Made by a program: the position numbers and the translations under genes. A stretch of 64,000 nucleotides of DNA, from positions 155,436,001-155,500,000 of the forward strand of contig CM059431.1 of assembly GCA_030390025.1 (NCBI GenBank), written 5' to 3'. The notes under the pieces are model-generated. The model was given only the letters and a program-made list of their open reading frames with translations. It had not been told where the DNA came from and did not search any database. This DNA is from Squalus acanthias. Its lineage: Eukaryota. This document shows positions 25,001 to 40,000 of this stretch, in pieces (within the stretch, counting starts at the first letter, position 1; each line of letters opens with the position of its first letter).

Positions 25001-28000
25001 ATCTATGTATCTATGTAATGAAGGCAAGTATCCCATATGCCTTCTTAACCAAATTATCTACCTATCCTGCTGCATTCAGGGATCTATGTACATGCACACG
25101 AAGTTCCCTCTGATCCTCTGTCCCTCCGAGGGACTTACCATTCATTGTGTATTACCTTGCCTTGTTAGTCCTCCCAAAATGCATCACATCAAACTTTTCA
25201 GGGTTAATCTTCATTTGCCACTGTTCTGCCCATCTGACCAAACCGTCTATATCGTCCTGCAGCCCGAGGCTTCCCTCCTCGCTATTTATCACCCCACCAA
25301 TTTTGGTGTCATCTGCGAACTTACTGATCATACCTCCTACATTCATATCCAAATCATTAATGTACACTACAAACAGCAATGGACCCAGCACCGATCCCTG
25401 TGGTACACCACTGGACAAAGGCTTCCAGTCACAAAAACAACCTTCGACCATCAACCTCTGCCTCCTGCCACTAAGCCAATTTTGGATCGAACGTGCCAAG
25501 TTGCCTTAGGTCCAATGGGGTCTTACCTTCTTGATCAGTCTCCCATGCGGGACTGTGTGATAAGCCATACTGAAGTCCATGTAGCCACATCAACTGCACT
25601 ACCCGCATCCACACACCGAATATTCCCCTCGAAAAATTCAATTAAATTTGTCAGACATGATCTCCCTCTGACAAAGCCATGCTGACTATACTTGATTAAT
25701 CCTTGCCTCTCCAAGTCGAGACTAATTCTGTTCCTCAGAATTTTTTCCAATAATTTCCCTATCACTGATTTTAGGCTCATTGGCCTATAATTCCCTGGTT
25801 TATCCCTGCTACCCTTCTTGAACAATGGTACTATGCTAGCTGTTCTCCAGTCCTCCGGCACCTCCCCTGTGGCCAGAGAGGTTGTGAAAATTTCTGACAG
25901 AGCCCCTGCAATCTCCTCCCATGCCTCACACAGCAGCCTGGGATACAGCTCGTCTGGGCCTGGGGATTTATCCACTTTTAAGCCCGCTAAAACCGCTAGA
26001 ACCTCCTCCCTCTTAATACTAATTTGTTCATGTATATCAGAATCCCCCTGTCTGCTTTCTATGCCTACATCGTCCTTCTCCATAGTGAACACAGAAGCAA
26101 AATATTCATTTAAATCCACACCTACATCTTCTGTCTCGACACACAGATTGCCACTTTGTTCCCTAATGGGCCCTACTCTTTTCCTGGTTATCCTCTTGCC
26201 CTTAATATACATATAAAACACCTTGGGATTTTCGTTTATTTTGCCGGTCAGAGTTATTTGTTGCCCCCTCTTCGCTCTCCTAATTTCATTTTTAAGTACC
26301 CCCTTGCACTTTCAATACTCCTCTAGGGCTTCCACTGTTTTTAGTTCTTTATATCTGCCAATAGCCTCCCTTTTTTTCCTACTCCACTCTCGTATATCCC
26401 TTGACATCCACGGTTCCCTTGGGTGGTTGTTCCCACCCTTGACCTGTTGGTCCCACACTTGACCTTTACGGGAACATGTTGCCGTTGTACTCTCTCTATT
26501 TCCTTTCTGAAAGACTCCCACTGCTCTGATGTGGATTGTCCAACAAGTCGCTGATCCCATTCCACTTTGGCCAGATCCTGCCTTATCATATTAAAATCGA
26601 ACTTGCCCCAATTTAGAACCTTTATTTCCGGTCCATCTTTGTCCTTTTCCATATCTACCTTAAATCTCACCGAATTATGATCACTGTCAACAAAATGCTC
26701 ACCTACTAACACTTCTACCACTTGCCCGGCTACATTCCCCAGATTAGGTCCAGTACCGCCCCCTCTCTTGTAGGACTTTCTACATGCTGGCAAAAAAAGC
26801 TCTCCTGGATGCACTTTAAGAATTTCTCACCCTTGAAGCCTTTCACACTCTGACTATCCCATTTAATATAGGGGAAGTTGAAATCCCCTACTGTTATTAC
26901 CCCATTATTTCTACACTTCTCTGAGATTTCCCTGCATATCTGTCCCTCTATCTCCCCCTGACTGTTTGGGGGCCTATGGTACACTCCCAGCAAAGTGCTT
27001 GCCCCTTTTTTGTTTTTAAGTGCTACCCATATGGCCTCATTAGAGGAACCTGCGAATATATCATCCGTCCTTACAGCAGTAATTGACACCTTGATTAATA
27101 TTGCCACACCCTCTCCTCTTTTACACCACCCTCTGTCTCGCCTGAAGATTCTATACCCCGGAATATTGAGCTGCCAGTCCTGCCCCTCCCTCCACCATGT
27201 CTCTGTGATAGCAACAACATCGTACTCCCATGTGTTCATCAACACCTTCAATTCATCTATCTTACTCGCAAGACACCTTGCATTAAAATAAATGCCTACC
27301 AGCCTTGCCATACTCCCTTGTGCCTATACAAATTTGCTCTGTTTGTCAGGCTGACTAGTTTTTCCCTCTATAGTTGGCTGTGCATCACCCCCTACTATCC
27401 TGCCACTACGTATCCCATCCCCCTGACAAGTTAGTTTAACCCCCCCCCCCCCCCCCCCCACCCCGCCCCCCCCCCCCCGCAAGAGTATTGGAAATCTCCC
27501 CGCAAGGATGTTGATCCCGTTCCGGTTCAGGTGCAACCCGTCCGACTTGTACAGGTCCCACATTCCCCAGAAGCTGACCCAGTGATCCAGGAAACTAAAG
27601 CCCTGCCTCCTGCACCAACTCTTTAGCCACGCATACATCTGCGCTATCCTCCTATTACTATAATCACTAGCACGTGGCACCGGGAGTAATCCCGAGATTA
27701 CTACCTTGAAGGTCCTGCTTTTCAATCTGCTACCTAGCTCCCTAAATTCTTTCTGCAGGAACTCATCGCTCTTTCTACCAATATCGTTGGTACCAATGTG
27801 AACCAGGACCTCTGACTGTTCGCCCTCCCGCTTCTGAATGCCCTGCAGCCGTTCAGTGACATCCTTGACCCTGGCACCAGGGAAGCAACATACCATCCTG
27901 GAGTCACGTCTGCGGCCACAGCAACGTCTATCTGTTCCCCTTACGATAGAATCCCCTATCACTATTGCTCTCCCACTCTTTTTCCTCCCCTCCTGTGCAG

Positions 28001-31000
28001 CTTAGCCACTTTTTTGGCTCTTGCTGCATTCACCTGAGAAACCATCTCCCCCATCAGTATCCAAAACGGAAAATCTGTCGGAGAGGGAGATGGACCCAGG
28101 GGACTTCTGCACTACCTTCCCAGTTATTTTACTGTGTCTGATGGTCACCCATTCCCTGTCTGCTTGTGCACTATTTACCTGCGGTGTGACCACCTTGTTA
28201 AACGTGCTATCCACGAAGATCTCAGCTTCGCGGATTCTCCACAGTGACTCCAGCCGCAGCTCCAGCTCCGAAACGCCGATTTCGAGAAGCTGCAGCTGGA
28301 GACACTTCTTGCACATGTGCTTGCCCTGGGCACCTAATGTGTCCCTGACTTCTAACTTAGCACAGGAGGAGCACTCCACGTTGTTTCGACAGAGAGTATT
28401 CTGTGCAAACCAACGATATAAGCAGTACATTATGCTGTACTGGTTTATCTTCAGTAGACAATCTGAAATTAATGTCCTTTGCCAGTGATTTGAAATACTC
28501 ATCAGAGATATCTCTGTTAAATTATTTTTTCATTAATTGTCAATGCATGCATTCATAATAAGAGCAAAGTACCTCATGGACGAAACGTGATTTTTTAATA
28601 GCAGCCTTCTTTGCCCAAGTATCGTCAGCTGCTTCATCAATGACCTTCCTTCAAATGGTCAGAGTTGAGGCTATTCGGTAATGATTGCACAACGTTTAGT
28701 TCCGTTCGCAATTCCTCTGAAAATGAAGCGGTCCATGCCCGCATGCAGCATGACCCGTACAACATCCAAGTTTGGGCCGATAAGTGACTGGTAACATTTA
28801 TGCGACGTAAGTTTCAGGTGCTGATACTTGCAACTAGAGAAAGTCTAACCCATTTCCATTGACATTCAATGGATTTACCATCGGCGTTCTACCACCATGA
28901 AGGTCCCGGTGATCAACACAAAAATCATCTTTGAGATGTTACTGCCAATCCTCTTGCAGTTAATGTTATTCCAGTAGCCAAGCCCCTCGAAACGAGTAAT
29001 TGAATAAGACAAAACATGCAGCGCAAGCAACACACATCATCATTACAATCCAATAGACAACCAGGTGCTAATTCAAAACTGTTATAATCACATAATTCAA
29101 ATCTCATCAGAATAAGTTAACTGACATATACGAACTTAAAAGTATGTCATTTCCTACGATCACGGCCGAGATGCTCGACCCATTCTCCATCAAAACGGCC
29201 GAGCGTTTCGAATTGGATTGAGCCATTGCCGGTGTTGCGTACTTAACAATTTCTGCTGAACATATCCAATTGGTTTCTTCCATTCTACCTCTTGCTAAGC
29301 CCCACCCCTACCTCGGACCAAAACTCAGGGACATCAGCACACCTAGCCTCTCCCGAGGCCACATCCTCTCACATCAGGAATGCCATAATGTCGCATTTCA
29401 TAAAGTAACCCTAGTCTAATCTATGATGTTTATCTGCTCCCTTTCTCCAATACCTCCTCACTTATGTAACAAAAATGTAAAGAGACATAGTACTGTGAAT
29501 AAAGCTGGAAAGTTCAAGGTACAGTTTGTCTGAGGGTATGATATAATGATGTAATCGACGTGGCTTATATAAGGGCATGATTGGGAGATGAATTGTGCAC
29601 TGTTAACTGAAGATCATGGTAACTTAAGTTGTATGCAAATAGGGAGCATTCATTAATAACAGTTTCATTTGACAGAATTGGATCGTAAGGAATGATATAA
29701 GGAATGATTCAAAATAGAAATCTATAAGTTTGGGGTATCAACATCATAACATAACTCTTTGTTATAAGGCATTCGTTGTCTTACACAAAATAATGGAAAA
29801 GTGATGGAAGAAGAGTTATATAGACAAATTGGATACAATGCAGCAATAAAAGTAACATTGATTGGTGACTGTAAATATTCAAAGTACAGAAGTAATCTAA
29901 GTGAGGAAGGGAGGCCGTGGTGTCTGAAGCTTTTCCAGGACATTATTCAGCTGGCTAAAATTTTGGACGACTAGAATGGATTGAATAATTTAATCTATTT
30001 CGAGCAATAGAGGATTGAGCATATCATCTATTTCTAGAAATGGGGAGGGGCTAGTCGGTGAGGTAAGGGGAGTGAAACATCTACCAATGAAACCGTTTAT
30101 ATGTTCATATGTTAGTATTCATATGAATTATAAAATGTTTCGTTACAATCAAAACAATAAATATGTGAAAGGAATAAATCTAATTTCAACGAGGCTGACA
30201 TATTAGCTCACTTATATTGAGGCGGATATGATCAGATAATATATTGGGTAGGCAATAGGAAGATAGACAAAATAAGTTTCCCATACAAGATACACAAATC
30301 ACACGGGAATGAAAGCAGTGCAGGGCAGACAAGAATTACATGGGCTTGCAGAGAAAATGAAATAAACAATAGATTTAAAATTGAATGCAGGAGTGTAGGG
30401 CTAGTTATATAAAGCAAATGAATGAAGCCTGGGTAATATAGTGAACATTTAATAGATGAATGTGTGGCCGGTGACACAGTTCGAGGCAATGATCATACTC
30501 CCAATACACATCTAGAAAAAAAGTTACACAAGAAAAGAGCTGTGTAGAGATGAAATGGGAATGGTTCATATAGAGGACGATGATTCACTGAAAAGCTTGT
30601 GGTACTGTTTCGATGAATTAACGTGATACTTGGAATGAATGAAAAACTCATTGAAGTCAATGGAAAATAAAGTCAGACGAGATTAAAACTGGGCTGCCAA
30701 TTCGCTTCTGCGCGTTTGACCCAATTGGCTAACACTGGCCAACACATTGTGACCCCTTCTTTATGGTTGTCAATTTGTGCAATTTGAGTATGTAAAAAAC
30801 TATCTGTGAGCTTTCAAAAATATTAAGGTCCTTAACTACCAATAATTATTGGTTTTGATCGTATCCTATACATGTAACCGTAGCTTTCTGCTTTGATTTT
30901 GCACTTTCCTCTTTTCCATCAATCCGTTGCTGGTTATAATGAGAGAAAGTCCAGTCGACATGGGTGTCTCAAAGCTGTTCCTTTCTATCTCTGTAAACTC

Positions 31001-34000
31001 TTCCAATCCTACAACCTGTCGAAATCCAGGATCTGGCCCAATTCTTACCTCTTGTGCATCCCCATTTTCATCGCTCCACCTTTGATGGCCTTGCCTTAAG
31101 CGGTTTAGACCGTAAGCTCTGGAATTCACTCCCGAAACAACTATGAATCTCTATATCACTGTTCCCTAAGACGCTCTTTAAATCTACTTTATGACCAAGC
31201 TTTGATCACCTGTCCTAATATCCTCCTCTGATGGTTGGTGTTACATTTTTCTTGATAACACTCCCTTTGCAACGCTTTGGGACGTTTTACTACGCTAGTT
31301 CTTGTTGTTTCTACTTAATTCTCATTGCAGGCACGCCTCCTGTCTGAGAGATGGCGTATCTTTCTTTTATTCGCTTATGGGATCTGGGCGTCGCTGGCAA
31401 GGACAGCATTTATTTTGAATCCCTTAATTGTTTTCTGCATTAACTCCCGATTCTGAGCGTTTCATCTCTCTCCTAAGGAAAGCTAGAAATAGAAAAGACG
31501 TTTCATATCCGAGTTTGCACATTATTTCTCTATATATGATTGCAATATACATTCTTGTTAGGAAATCAGATCACTAGCTGAATGTCAGCGCAGATGCGAT
31601 GCATCCCAAATCATTTTCGATACCGTGCTGGAAAAGGGAGCTCGGGGAGAACGAAAAGTGTGGAACATATTACTTCAACTGCAGAAATCCAAACCCAAGC
31701 TGAAAATGACATTGTCAGAGATACAGAATAGATGTACAGAGGGAGAAAGTGATCTAGAAGGTTAGTGGTATCCAAATATAATTTTCCGTTAGAATAGCAA
31801 AGTTTTATTTAAGATGAGCACTATTTTTTACTCGTTTATGTGATGTGGGCGTCGCGGCCAAGGCCCGCATTTATTACCCATCCCTAGTTGCCCTTGAGAA
31901 GCTGGTGGTTAGCAGCTTTACTGAAAAGCTGCAGTCCATGAGGTGAAGGTTCTCCCACAATGCTGTTGGGGAGGCAGTGCCATGAGTTTGAAAAAGCGAC
32001 ATATTATGAACGGCGATTACTTCCAAGAGAAGCTGTTGTGTGTGTCTTGGAGTGGTACTTGGAAGTGGTGGTGCTCCCAGGCGCCTGATACTCTTGACCT
32101 TCTAGTTGGTAGAGGTCGCGGGTTTCGGAGGTACTGGCGAAGAAGCCTTGACGAGTTGCCATAGTGCATCTTGTCGATGTTCCACTCAACAGCCACTGTG
32201 TGGCAGTGGGGAAGGGAGTGAATCTATAATTTATGCAGGCTTGTGTGAGTTTTATACTCGATTCCATGAACGAAATTATAAATTTTAGCTTGGACAGAGC
32301 TCCACTACTCCTCTGCAAATTCATCGTTTTGTTCCACGGATCGTTATGCACTCATTAACTGACCTACTTTGATTCCTTAAACCACATTGATCATTTATGA
32401 AATGCTGCTACTCATCCTCAAATCTCTCGCCTACCTTATCTCTAAAGTCGTCTTCACATCCCCTCTTTTGCACTCCAGTCCCTCCTCTCCCCTTGCTGTG
32501 GTCTCCAGTGCACCAGTTCATCAGCCCCGAACTCCAGACATAGAACTCATCCACACCGACAGGATCTCAGCTCCTACGAGCTTCCATATCTCTACTTCTA
32601 AATTATTAAAACAACGACCACATGTAGCAAGACCTTGGTCGTTTCTGTTAACCCCAGCAGAAAAGTCAGAGTTAATTCTGAATACCACCTCTGTAAGGCA
32701 CCACTAGCAGTGTTCACTGCTTGAAAGACTCTGTAAAGAACTTCAGACGCGATAGCCGTTAGGTCAGAGTATTCACTGTTTCATGTCATTTATGTTAATC
32801 TGTTCTCATTTACACCTTCACAGAAAATGCAAATACTGAAATATTATCAACGTTGGCGAGCTACACGGATTTCCAGCTGCGCAGATTAATCACTTGCTTC
32901 CGTCAGAGTCTAGAACAGTCTATTGAAGAGGTAGTGGAGGCCGTTAGTCAGTCGCTTGCAGATGCAAACGTGCTTACTGAAACAAATCATAAGGTATGTT
33001 TCATCTATGTTTGAATCGTATATTGTGAAATGAGTCAAACGATTGACTGTTTAGACAGAGTGTATTCTGTGCAACCCAACGATATACGCAGTACATAACG
33101 CTGTACTGGTTTAACTTCACGAGCTTTCGGAGCTGCTGCCCCTTCGTCAGGTAGAGGCACCTCACCTGACGATGGGGCAGCAGCTCCGAAAGTTCGTAAA
33201 TCTAAATGAAACTGTTGGACTATAACCTGGCGTTGTGTGAGTTCTCATTTTTGTCCACCACAGTCCAACACCGGCATCTCCGCATCATGGTTTAACTTCA
33301 GTAGACAGTCTGAAACTTTTGTCCTGTGCCAGTTATTTGAAATACTCTTCTGAGATATTACTGTTAAATTAATTTTTCATGATATGTCAATGCATGCATT
33401 CATAATAAGGGAACAGGACCTCATGGACTAACCGAGATTTTGTATTGGCATGCCTTCCGTGCACAATTTTCGTCAGCTGTTTCATCAATGACCTTCCTTC
33501 AAAAGGTCTGAGTTGGGGCTGTTCGATAATGATTGCACAATGTTTAGTTCCGTTCGCAATACCTCAGAAAATGAAGCAGTCCATGCTCGCACGCAGCATG
33601 ACCAGGACAACATCCAAGTTTGGGCCGATAAGTGACAGGTAATATTTATGCCACGTTAATTTCAAGTACTGGCTACATGCAACGAGAGAAAGTCTAATCC
33701 ATTACCATTGACATTCAATGGCTTTACCATCGGCGATCTACCAGCATGAGTGTCCCGGTGAGCACCAATAAAACCAGCTTGGAGAATTTACTGCCAAACC
33801 TCTTGCAGTTAACGTTATTCCAGTAGCCAAGCCCCTCGAAATGAGTTATTGAATAAGACAAAACATGCAGCGCAAGCAACACACATCATCATCACAGTCC
33901 AATGGACAACCAGGTGCTGCGTCAAAACTGTTATAATCACACAATTCAAATCTCATGTGAATAAGTTAACTGGCACATACGAACTTAACAGTATGACATT

Positions 34001-37000
34001 TCCTACGATTACGGCCGAGATGTTCCGCCCATTCTCCATCAAAACGGCCGTCCGTTTCGAATTGGATTGAGCCATTGCCGGTGGCGCGGAATGAATAATT
34101 TCTACTGAATATATCCAATTGGTTTCTTCCATTCTACTTCTTGCTAAGCCCCGCCGCTACCTCGGCCCAAAACTCAGGGACGTCAACACACCTAGCATCT
34201 CCCGAGGCCACATCCTCTCACCTCAGGAATGCCAAAATGTCGCATTTCATAAAATAACCCTAATCTGATCTATGGTGTTTATCTGCTCCCTTTCTACAAT
34301 ACCTCCTCACAAATGTATCACAAATTTAAAGAGACAGAGTACTGTGAGTAAAGCTGAGAATTTCAAGGTACAGTTTGTCTGAGGTTATGATATAATGATG
34401 AGTTCGACGTGGCCTATATAAGCGCAGGATTGGGAGATGAATGGTGCTCTGTTACCTGAAGATCATGGTAACTTAAGCTGTATGCAAATAGGGAGCAATC
34501 ATTAATAAGAGGTCCGGTTGCAGAATTAGATCTTCAGGAATGATATAAGGAATGGTTCAAAATAGAAATCTATAAGTTTGTGTAAAGACCATAATAATAT
34601 AACTCGTTGTCTATAAGGCGTTCATTGTTTTGCACAAAATATTGGAAAATGGACAGATGCAGAGTTATACAGAGAAATTGGAGATAATGCAACAATAACA
34701 GTAACAGTGATTGGTTACCATAAATATCCAAAATACCGAAGGAACCTAAGTGGGGAAGGGAGGCCGCGGTGTCTGAAACTTGTCCAGGACATTATGCAGC
34801 TGGCTACAATTTCGGACGAAAAGAAAGGATTGAGCATTTCATCTATTTCTAGACATTGCCAGGGGCTATTCGGTGTGGTAAGGTTAGTAAAACATTTACC
34901 AATGTTATCGTTAGTAATCATATGAATTATCCTATACCTGTAACCGTAGCTTTGTGCTTTGATTTTGCACTTTACCCTTTTCCATCAATCAGTTCCTGGT
35001 TATAATGAGAGAAAGATCAGTTGCCCTGGGTGTTTCAAAGATGCTCCTTTCTATCTCTGTAACCTCTTCCAATCCTACAACCTGTCGAGATCTAGGCGCT
35101 GATCCAATTCTTACCTCTTGTGCATTCCCCATTTCCATCGCCCCACCATTGATGGCCTTGCCTTAAGCGGTTTAATCACTAAGCTCTGGAATTCCCTCCC
35201 GAAACCACTATGAATCTCTAACTCTCTCTTATCTAAGACTCTCTTTAATTCTACTCTGTGACCAAGCTTTGGTCACCTGTCCTAATATCTTCCTATGATG
35301 CTTGGAGTTACATTTTGTTTGATAACACTCCCTTTGCAACGCTTCGGGACGTTTTACTACGCTAGTTCTTGTTGTTTCTACTTAATTCTAATTGCAGGCG
35401 CTCCTCCTATCTGGCTAATGGCGTATCTTCCTTTTATTCGTTTATGGGATCTGGGCGTCGCTGGCAAGGACAGCATTTATTACTCATCCCTTCATTTTTT
35501 TCTCCATTAACACGCGATATTAAGCGTTTAATCTCTCTCCTAAGGAAAGCTAGAAATAGAAAAGACGTTTTTTTATAGGAGTTTGTACATTACTTCTCTA
35601 TATATGATTGCAATATACATTATTGTTAGGAAATCAGATCCCTAGCTGAATGTCACCGCAGAAGCGATGCATCTCCACTTATTTTCGATCATGTGCTGGA
35701 AAAGGGAGCTCGGGGAGAAAGAACATTGTGGAACATATTACTTCAACTGCAGAACACCAAACCCAAGCTGAAAATGACATTGTCAGAGATACAGAATAGA
35801 TGTATAGAGGGAGAATGTGATCTCGAAGGTTAGTGGTATCCAAATCTAATTTTCCGTTAGAATAACAAAGTTTTATTTAAGGTGACAATTTTATTTTATT
35901 CTTTTCATGGATGTGGGCGTCACTGGCAAGGCCAGCATTTATTGCCCATCCCTAGTTGCACTGTTGGGTATCCGCTTTCCTGAAACGCTGCAGTCGATGT
36001 GTTGAAGGTACTCACACAATGCTCTTGGGGAAGGAGTGCCATGAGTTTGAAACAGCGACAATGAAGGAAATGCGATATATTTTAAAGTTAGGATGGCGTG
36101 TGAGTTGGAGGGGAAAATGGATGTAGTGGTGTTCCCAGGAGCCTGCTGTACTTGTCCTTCTAGGCGGTAGATCTCGTGGATTGGGGAGGTACTGTCGAAG
36201 AAGCCTTGACGATTTGCCGCAGTGCATCTTGTAGATGGAACACAATGCAGCCACGGTGTGGCAGTGGGGAAGGGACTGAAAATACTAATTTATACATGCT
36301 TGTCTGTGTTTTATACTCGATTCCTCAAACGAACTTTGGCACTGCGCATTATAAATTTCAGCTTCGACAGAGATCACTACTCCTATTCAAATTCAACCTT
36401 AGTTCCACGGATCCGTGATTCCCACATTAACTGACCTACTTTGATTCCTTATCCCATATTGATCAATTGTGAAATGCTCCTGCTCATCCTAAATGCCCTC
36501 CCCAACTTTATCTCTGAAGTCGTATTCACTTCGCCTCTTTTACACTCCTGTCCGTCCACTCCCCTTGCTGTGGTCTCCAGTCTACCAGTTAATCTGCTGC
36601 GGTCTCCAGTCATAGAACTCTTTCACACCGATTGGAACTCAGTTCCTATGAGCTTCCATCTCTGTAAGTCTTACTTATTTTAAGCGTCGACCACATGTTG
36701 CAAGGCCTGCTTCGTTCTCTTAACTCCAGCAAAACACTCTGCGTTAATTCTGAATTCCACCTCTGTTAGGCTCCACTGGCAGTTTCACCGCTAAACAATT
36801 GCTGTCGCGATAGCAGTTAGTTCAGAGTATTCACTGTTGCATAGCGGGCATTTATGTTAATCTGTTCTCATTTACACCTTCAAAGAAAATGCAGTTACTG
36901 AAATATCACTAACGTTGGCGAGCTACACGGATTTCCAGCTGCGCAGAGTTATCGTTTGCTACCGTCAGAGACTAGAACAGTCAATTGAAGAATTCGTTGA

Positions 37001-40000
37001 GGCCTTTAGTCAGTCGCTTGTAGATACAAACGTATTTACAGAAACAGATCATAAGGTATGTTTCATATATGTTCGAATCGTATGGTGTTAAATGAGTCAA
37101 ACGATTGACTGTTTAGACAGACTGTGTTTGGTGCAACCCAACTATATGAGCGGTATATTACGCTGCACTTTATTAACTGAAATTATTGTCCAGTGCCAGT
37201 GTAACCAACATTTGAAGTACTCTTCTGAGATATCTCTCTGTTAAATTAATTTTTCAGGAATTGTCATTGAATGTATTCATAATAAGAGAAGTTTCTCATG
37301 GACTAACAGTGATTTTTTAATGGCAGCCTTCTTGGCCCAATTATCGTCAACTTCAATAATCTTCCTTCAAAAGGTCAGAGTTGGGTCTGTTCGCTGATGA
37401 TTGCACGGTGTTTAGATCCATTTGCAAATCCTCAGAAAATTAAGCAGTCGATGCCCACACGCTGCATGACCTAGACAACATCCATATTTAGGCCGATAAG
37501 AGGCAGGTAACATTTATGATGCATAGTAGCAGGTGCTGTCTACCTACAGCTAGAGAAAGTCTAACAAATTGTCGTTGACATTCAATGGCTTTACCATCGG
37601 ATTTCTATCACCATGAGTGTACCGGTGATCACCAGTAAAACCAGCTCTGAGAATTCACTGCCAAACTTTTTGCAGTTAACGTAATTCCAGTAGCCTTGCC
37701 CCTCAAAATGATTAAATGATTAAGACACAATGTGCAGCCTAAGCATCACGCATCGTCATTACAGCCCCGATGGACAACCTGGAGATGGATCAAATCTGTA
37801 ATAACCACATACTTCAAATCGCATGTGAATAAGTTAACTGACACATACGAACTTAACAGTATGAATTTCCCTACGATCATGGACGAGATTTTCCGCCCAT
37901 TCGCCATCAAAACGGCTGAGAATTTCCAATTGGATTGAGCCATTGACGGTGGTGCGGATTTAAACAATTTCTTCTGATAATATCCAATTCCTTTCTTCTA
38001 TTCTACTTCTTGCTAAGTCCCGCCCCTACTTTGCTCCAATGCTCAGGGACATCAACAAACCCGTCCTCGACCGAGCCCACATCGTCTCACCTCATGAATG
38101 CCATAATATCCCATTTCTTAAAAAAAACCTAGACTAATCTATGATGTTTTTCTGCTCCCATTCTCCAATACCTCCTCACTTATGTAACACAAATGTAATG
38201 AAACATAATACTGTGAATAAAGCTTGTGATTTCAATGAACAGTTTGTCTGAGGGTATGACATAATGATTTGATCATCGTGACTTATATAAGGGCAGGATT
38301 GGGAAATGAAGTGCCCTGTTACCAGAAGATAACTTAAGTTGTATGCAAATAGGGAGCAGTCATTAACAACAGATTCATTTGCTGCATTGGAACTTCAGGA
38401 CTGAGATAAGGAATGATTCAAAATGGAAATCTATAAGTTTGGGGTAACACAATAATAATGGAACACTTTGTCTATAAGGCATTCGTTGTCTTACACCAAA
38501 TAGTGGAAAAGCGATAGAAGAAGAGTTATATAGACAAATTGGAGAAAATGCAGCAATAACAGTAACGGTGATTGGTGACTTTAAATATCCCAAGAACAGA
38601 AGTAACATAAGTGGGGAAGGGAGGCCAGGGGTCTGAAGCTTTACCTGGACATTATTCAGATAGGTACCATTTTATGACAACAAGAAAGGATTGAGCATTT
38701 GATCCATTTCTAAAAATTGACAGCGGCTACTCATTGAGGTAAGTCTAGTGAAACATTCATCAATTATATCGTTAGTATTCATATGAATTAGAAAATGTTT
38801 CGTTAAAATCAAAACAATAAATATGTTAAAGGAAAATATCTAATTTGAAAGAGGCTAACATATTAGTTCAGTTATATTGAGGCAGATATGATCAGATAAT
38901 ATCGTGGTGAGGCAATAGAAAGATAGACAATATAAATTTACCATACAAGGTACACAAATCACACGTGACTGAAAGGAGTGCAGCACAACCTAGTATTACT
39001 TGGGCGCGCATAGAAAATGAAATAAAGAACATGTTTTACAATTGAATGTAGGAGTGTAGGGCTAGTTATATAATACATATGAATGACGTCTTGGTAAAGT
39101 AGTGAATATATAATAGATGAATGAGTAGCCGGTGACAGAGTTCAGATAATGATCACAGTCCGTATAAACTTCAAAGAAATTAGTTACACAAACAACAGAG
39201 CTGCTTAGAGATGAAAAGGGAATCGTTCATATAGATGACGAGGGATTAACAGAAAAGCTATTGGTACTGTTTCGATGAATGAAGGTGATACTTGGAATGA
39301 GTGAAAAACTAATTGAAGTCAATTGAAAAGAAAGTCAGACGCGAGTAAAACGGGCCGACGATTCGCTTCAGAGCGTTTGACCCAGTTGGCCATCTCTGGC
39401 CAACACCTTGTGACCCATTATTTATGGTTGTCAACTTGTGCAAACTGATTTTCTAAAAAACAAGCGGTGAACTTTCAAAACGTTTATTGTCCTTAACAAC
39501 GAATAATTATTGATTTTGATCGTATCCTCTACCTGTAATCTTAAGATTGTGCTTTTATTGGCACTTTTCCATTTTCAGTCAATCAGTTGCTGGTTATAAT
39601 GAAAGAAATTCCAGTTGCCGTGGGTCTCATAGCTGCTCCTTTCTATCACTATAACCACTTCCAATCCTACAACCTGTCGAGATCCAGGCGCTGGTCCAGT
39701 TCTGTCCTCTTGTGCATCCCCTATTTTCATCGCGGCACCATTGATGGCCTTGCCTTCAGCAATTTAGACCCTAAGCTCTGGAATTCCCTCCCGAAACCAC
39801 TATGAATCTCTCGCTCTCTGTTCTCTAAGACTTTCTTTAAATCTACTCTATGACCAAGCTTTGGTCACCTGTCCTAATATTTTCCTCTGATGCTTGGTGT
39901 TACAATTTGTTTTATAACATCGCGTTGCAACGCTTTGGGACGTTTTACTACGCTACTTCTTGTTGTTTCTACTTAATTCTCATTGCAGGCACGCCTCCTG

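Noticed and set aside
27324..27962. SGNH/GDSL esterase ORF as a cellular or horizontally acquired enzyme
   Set aside because: An esterase domain is an established part of CR1 ORF1 and it sits directly upstream of the APE/RT ORF2 in all three copies
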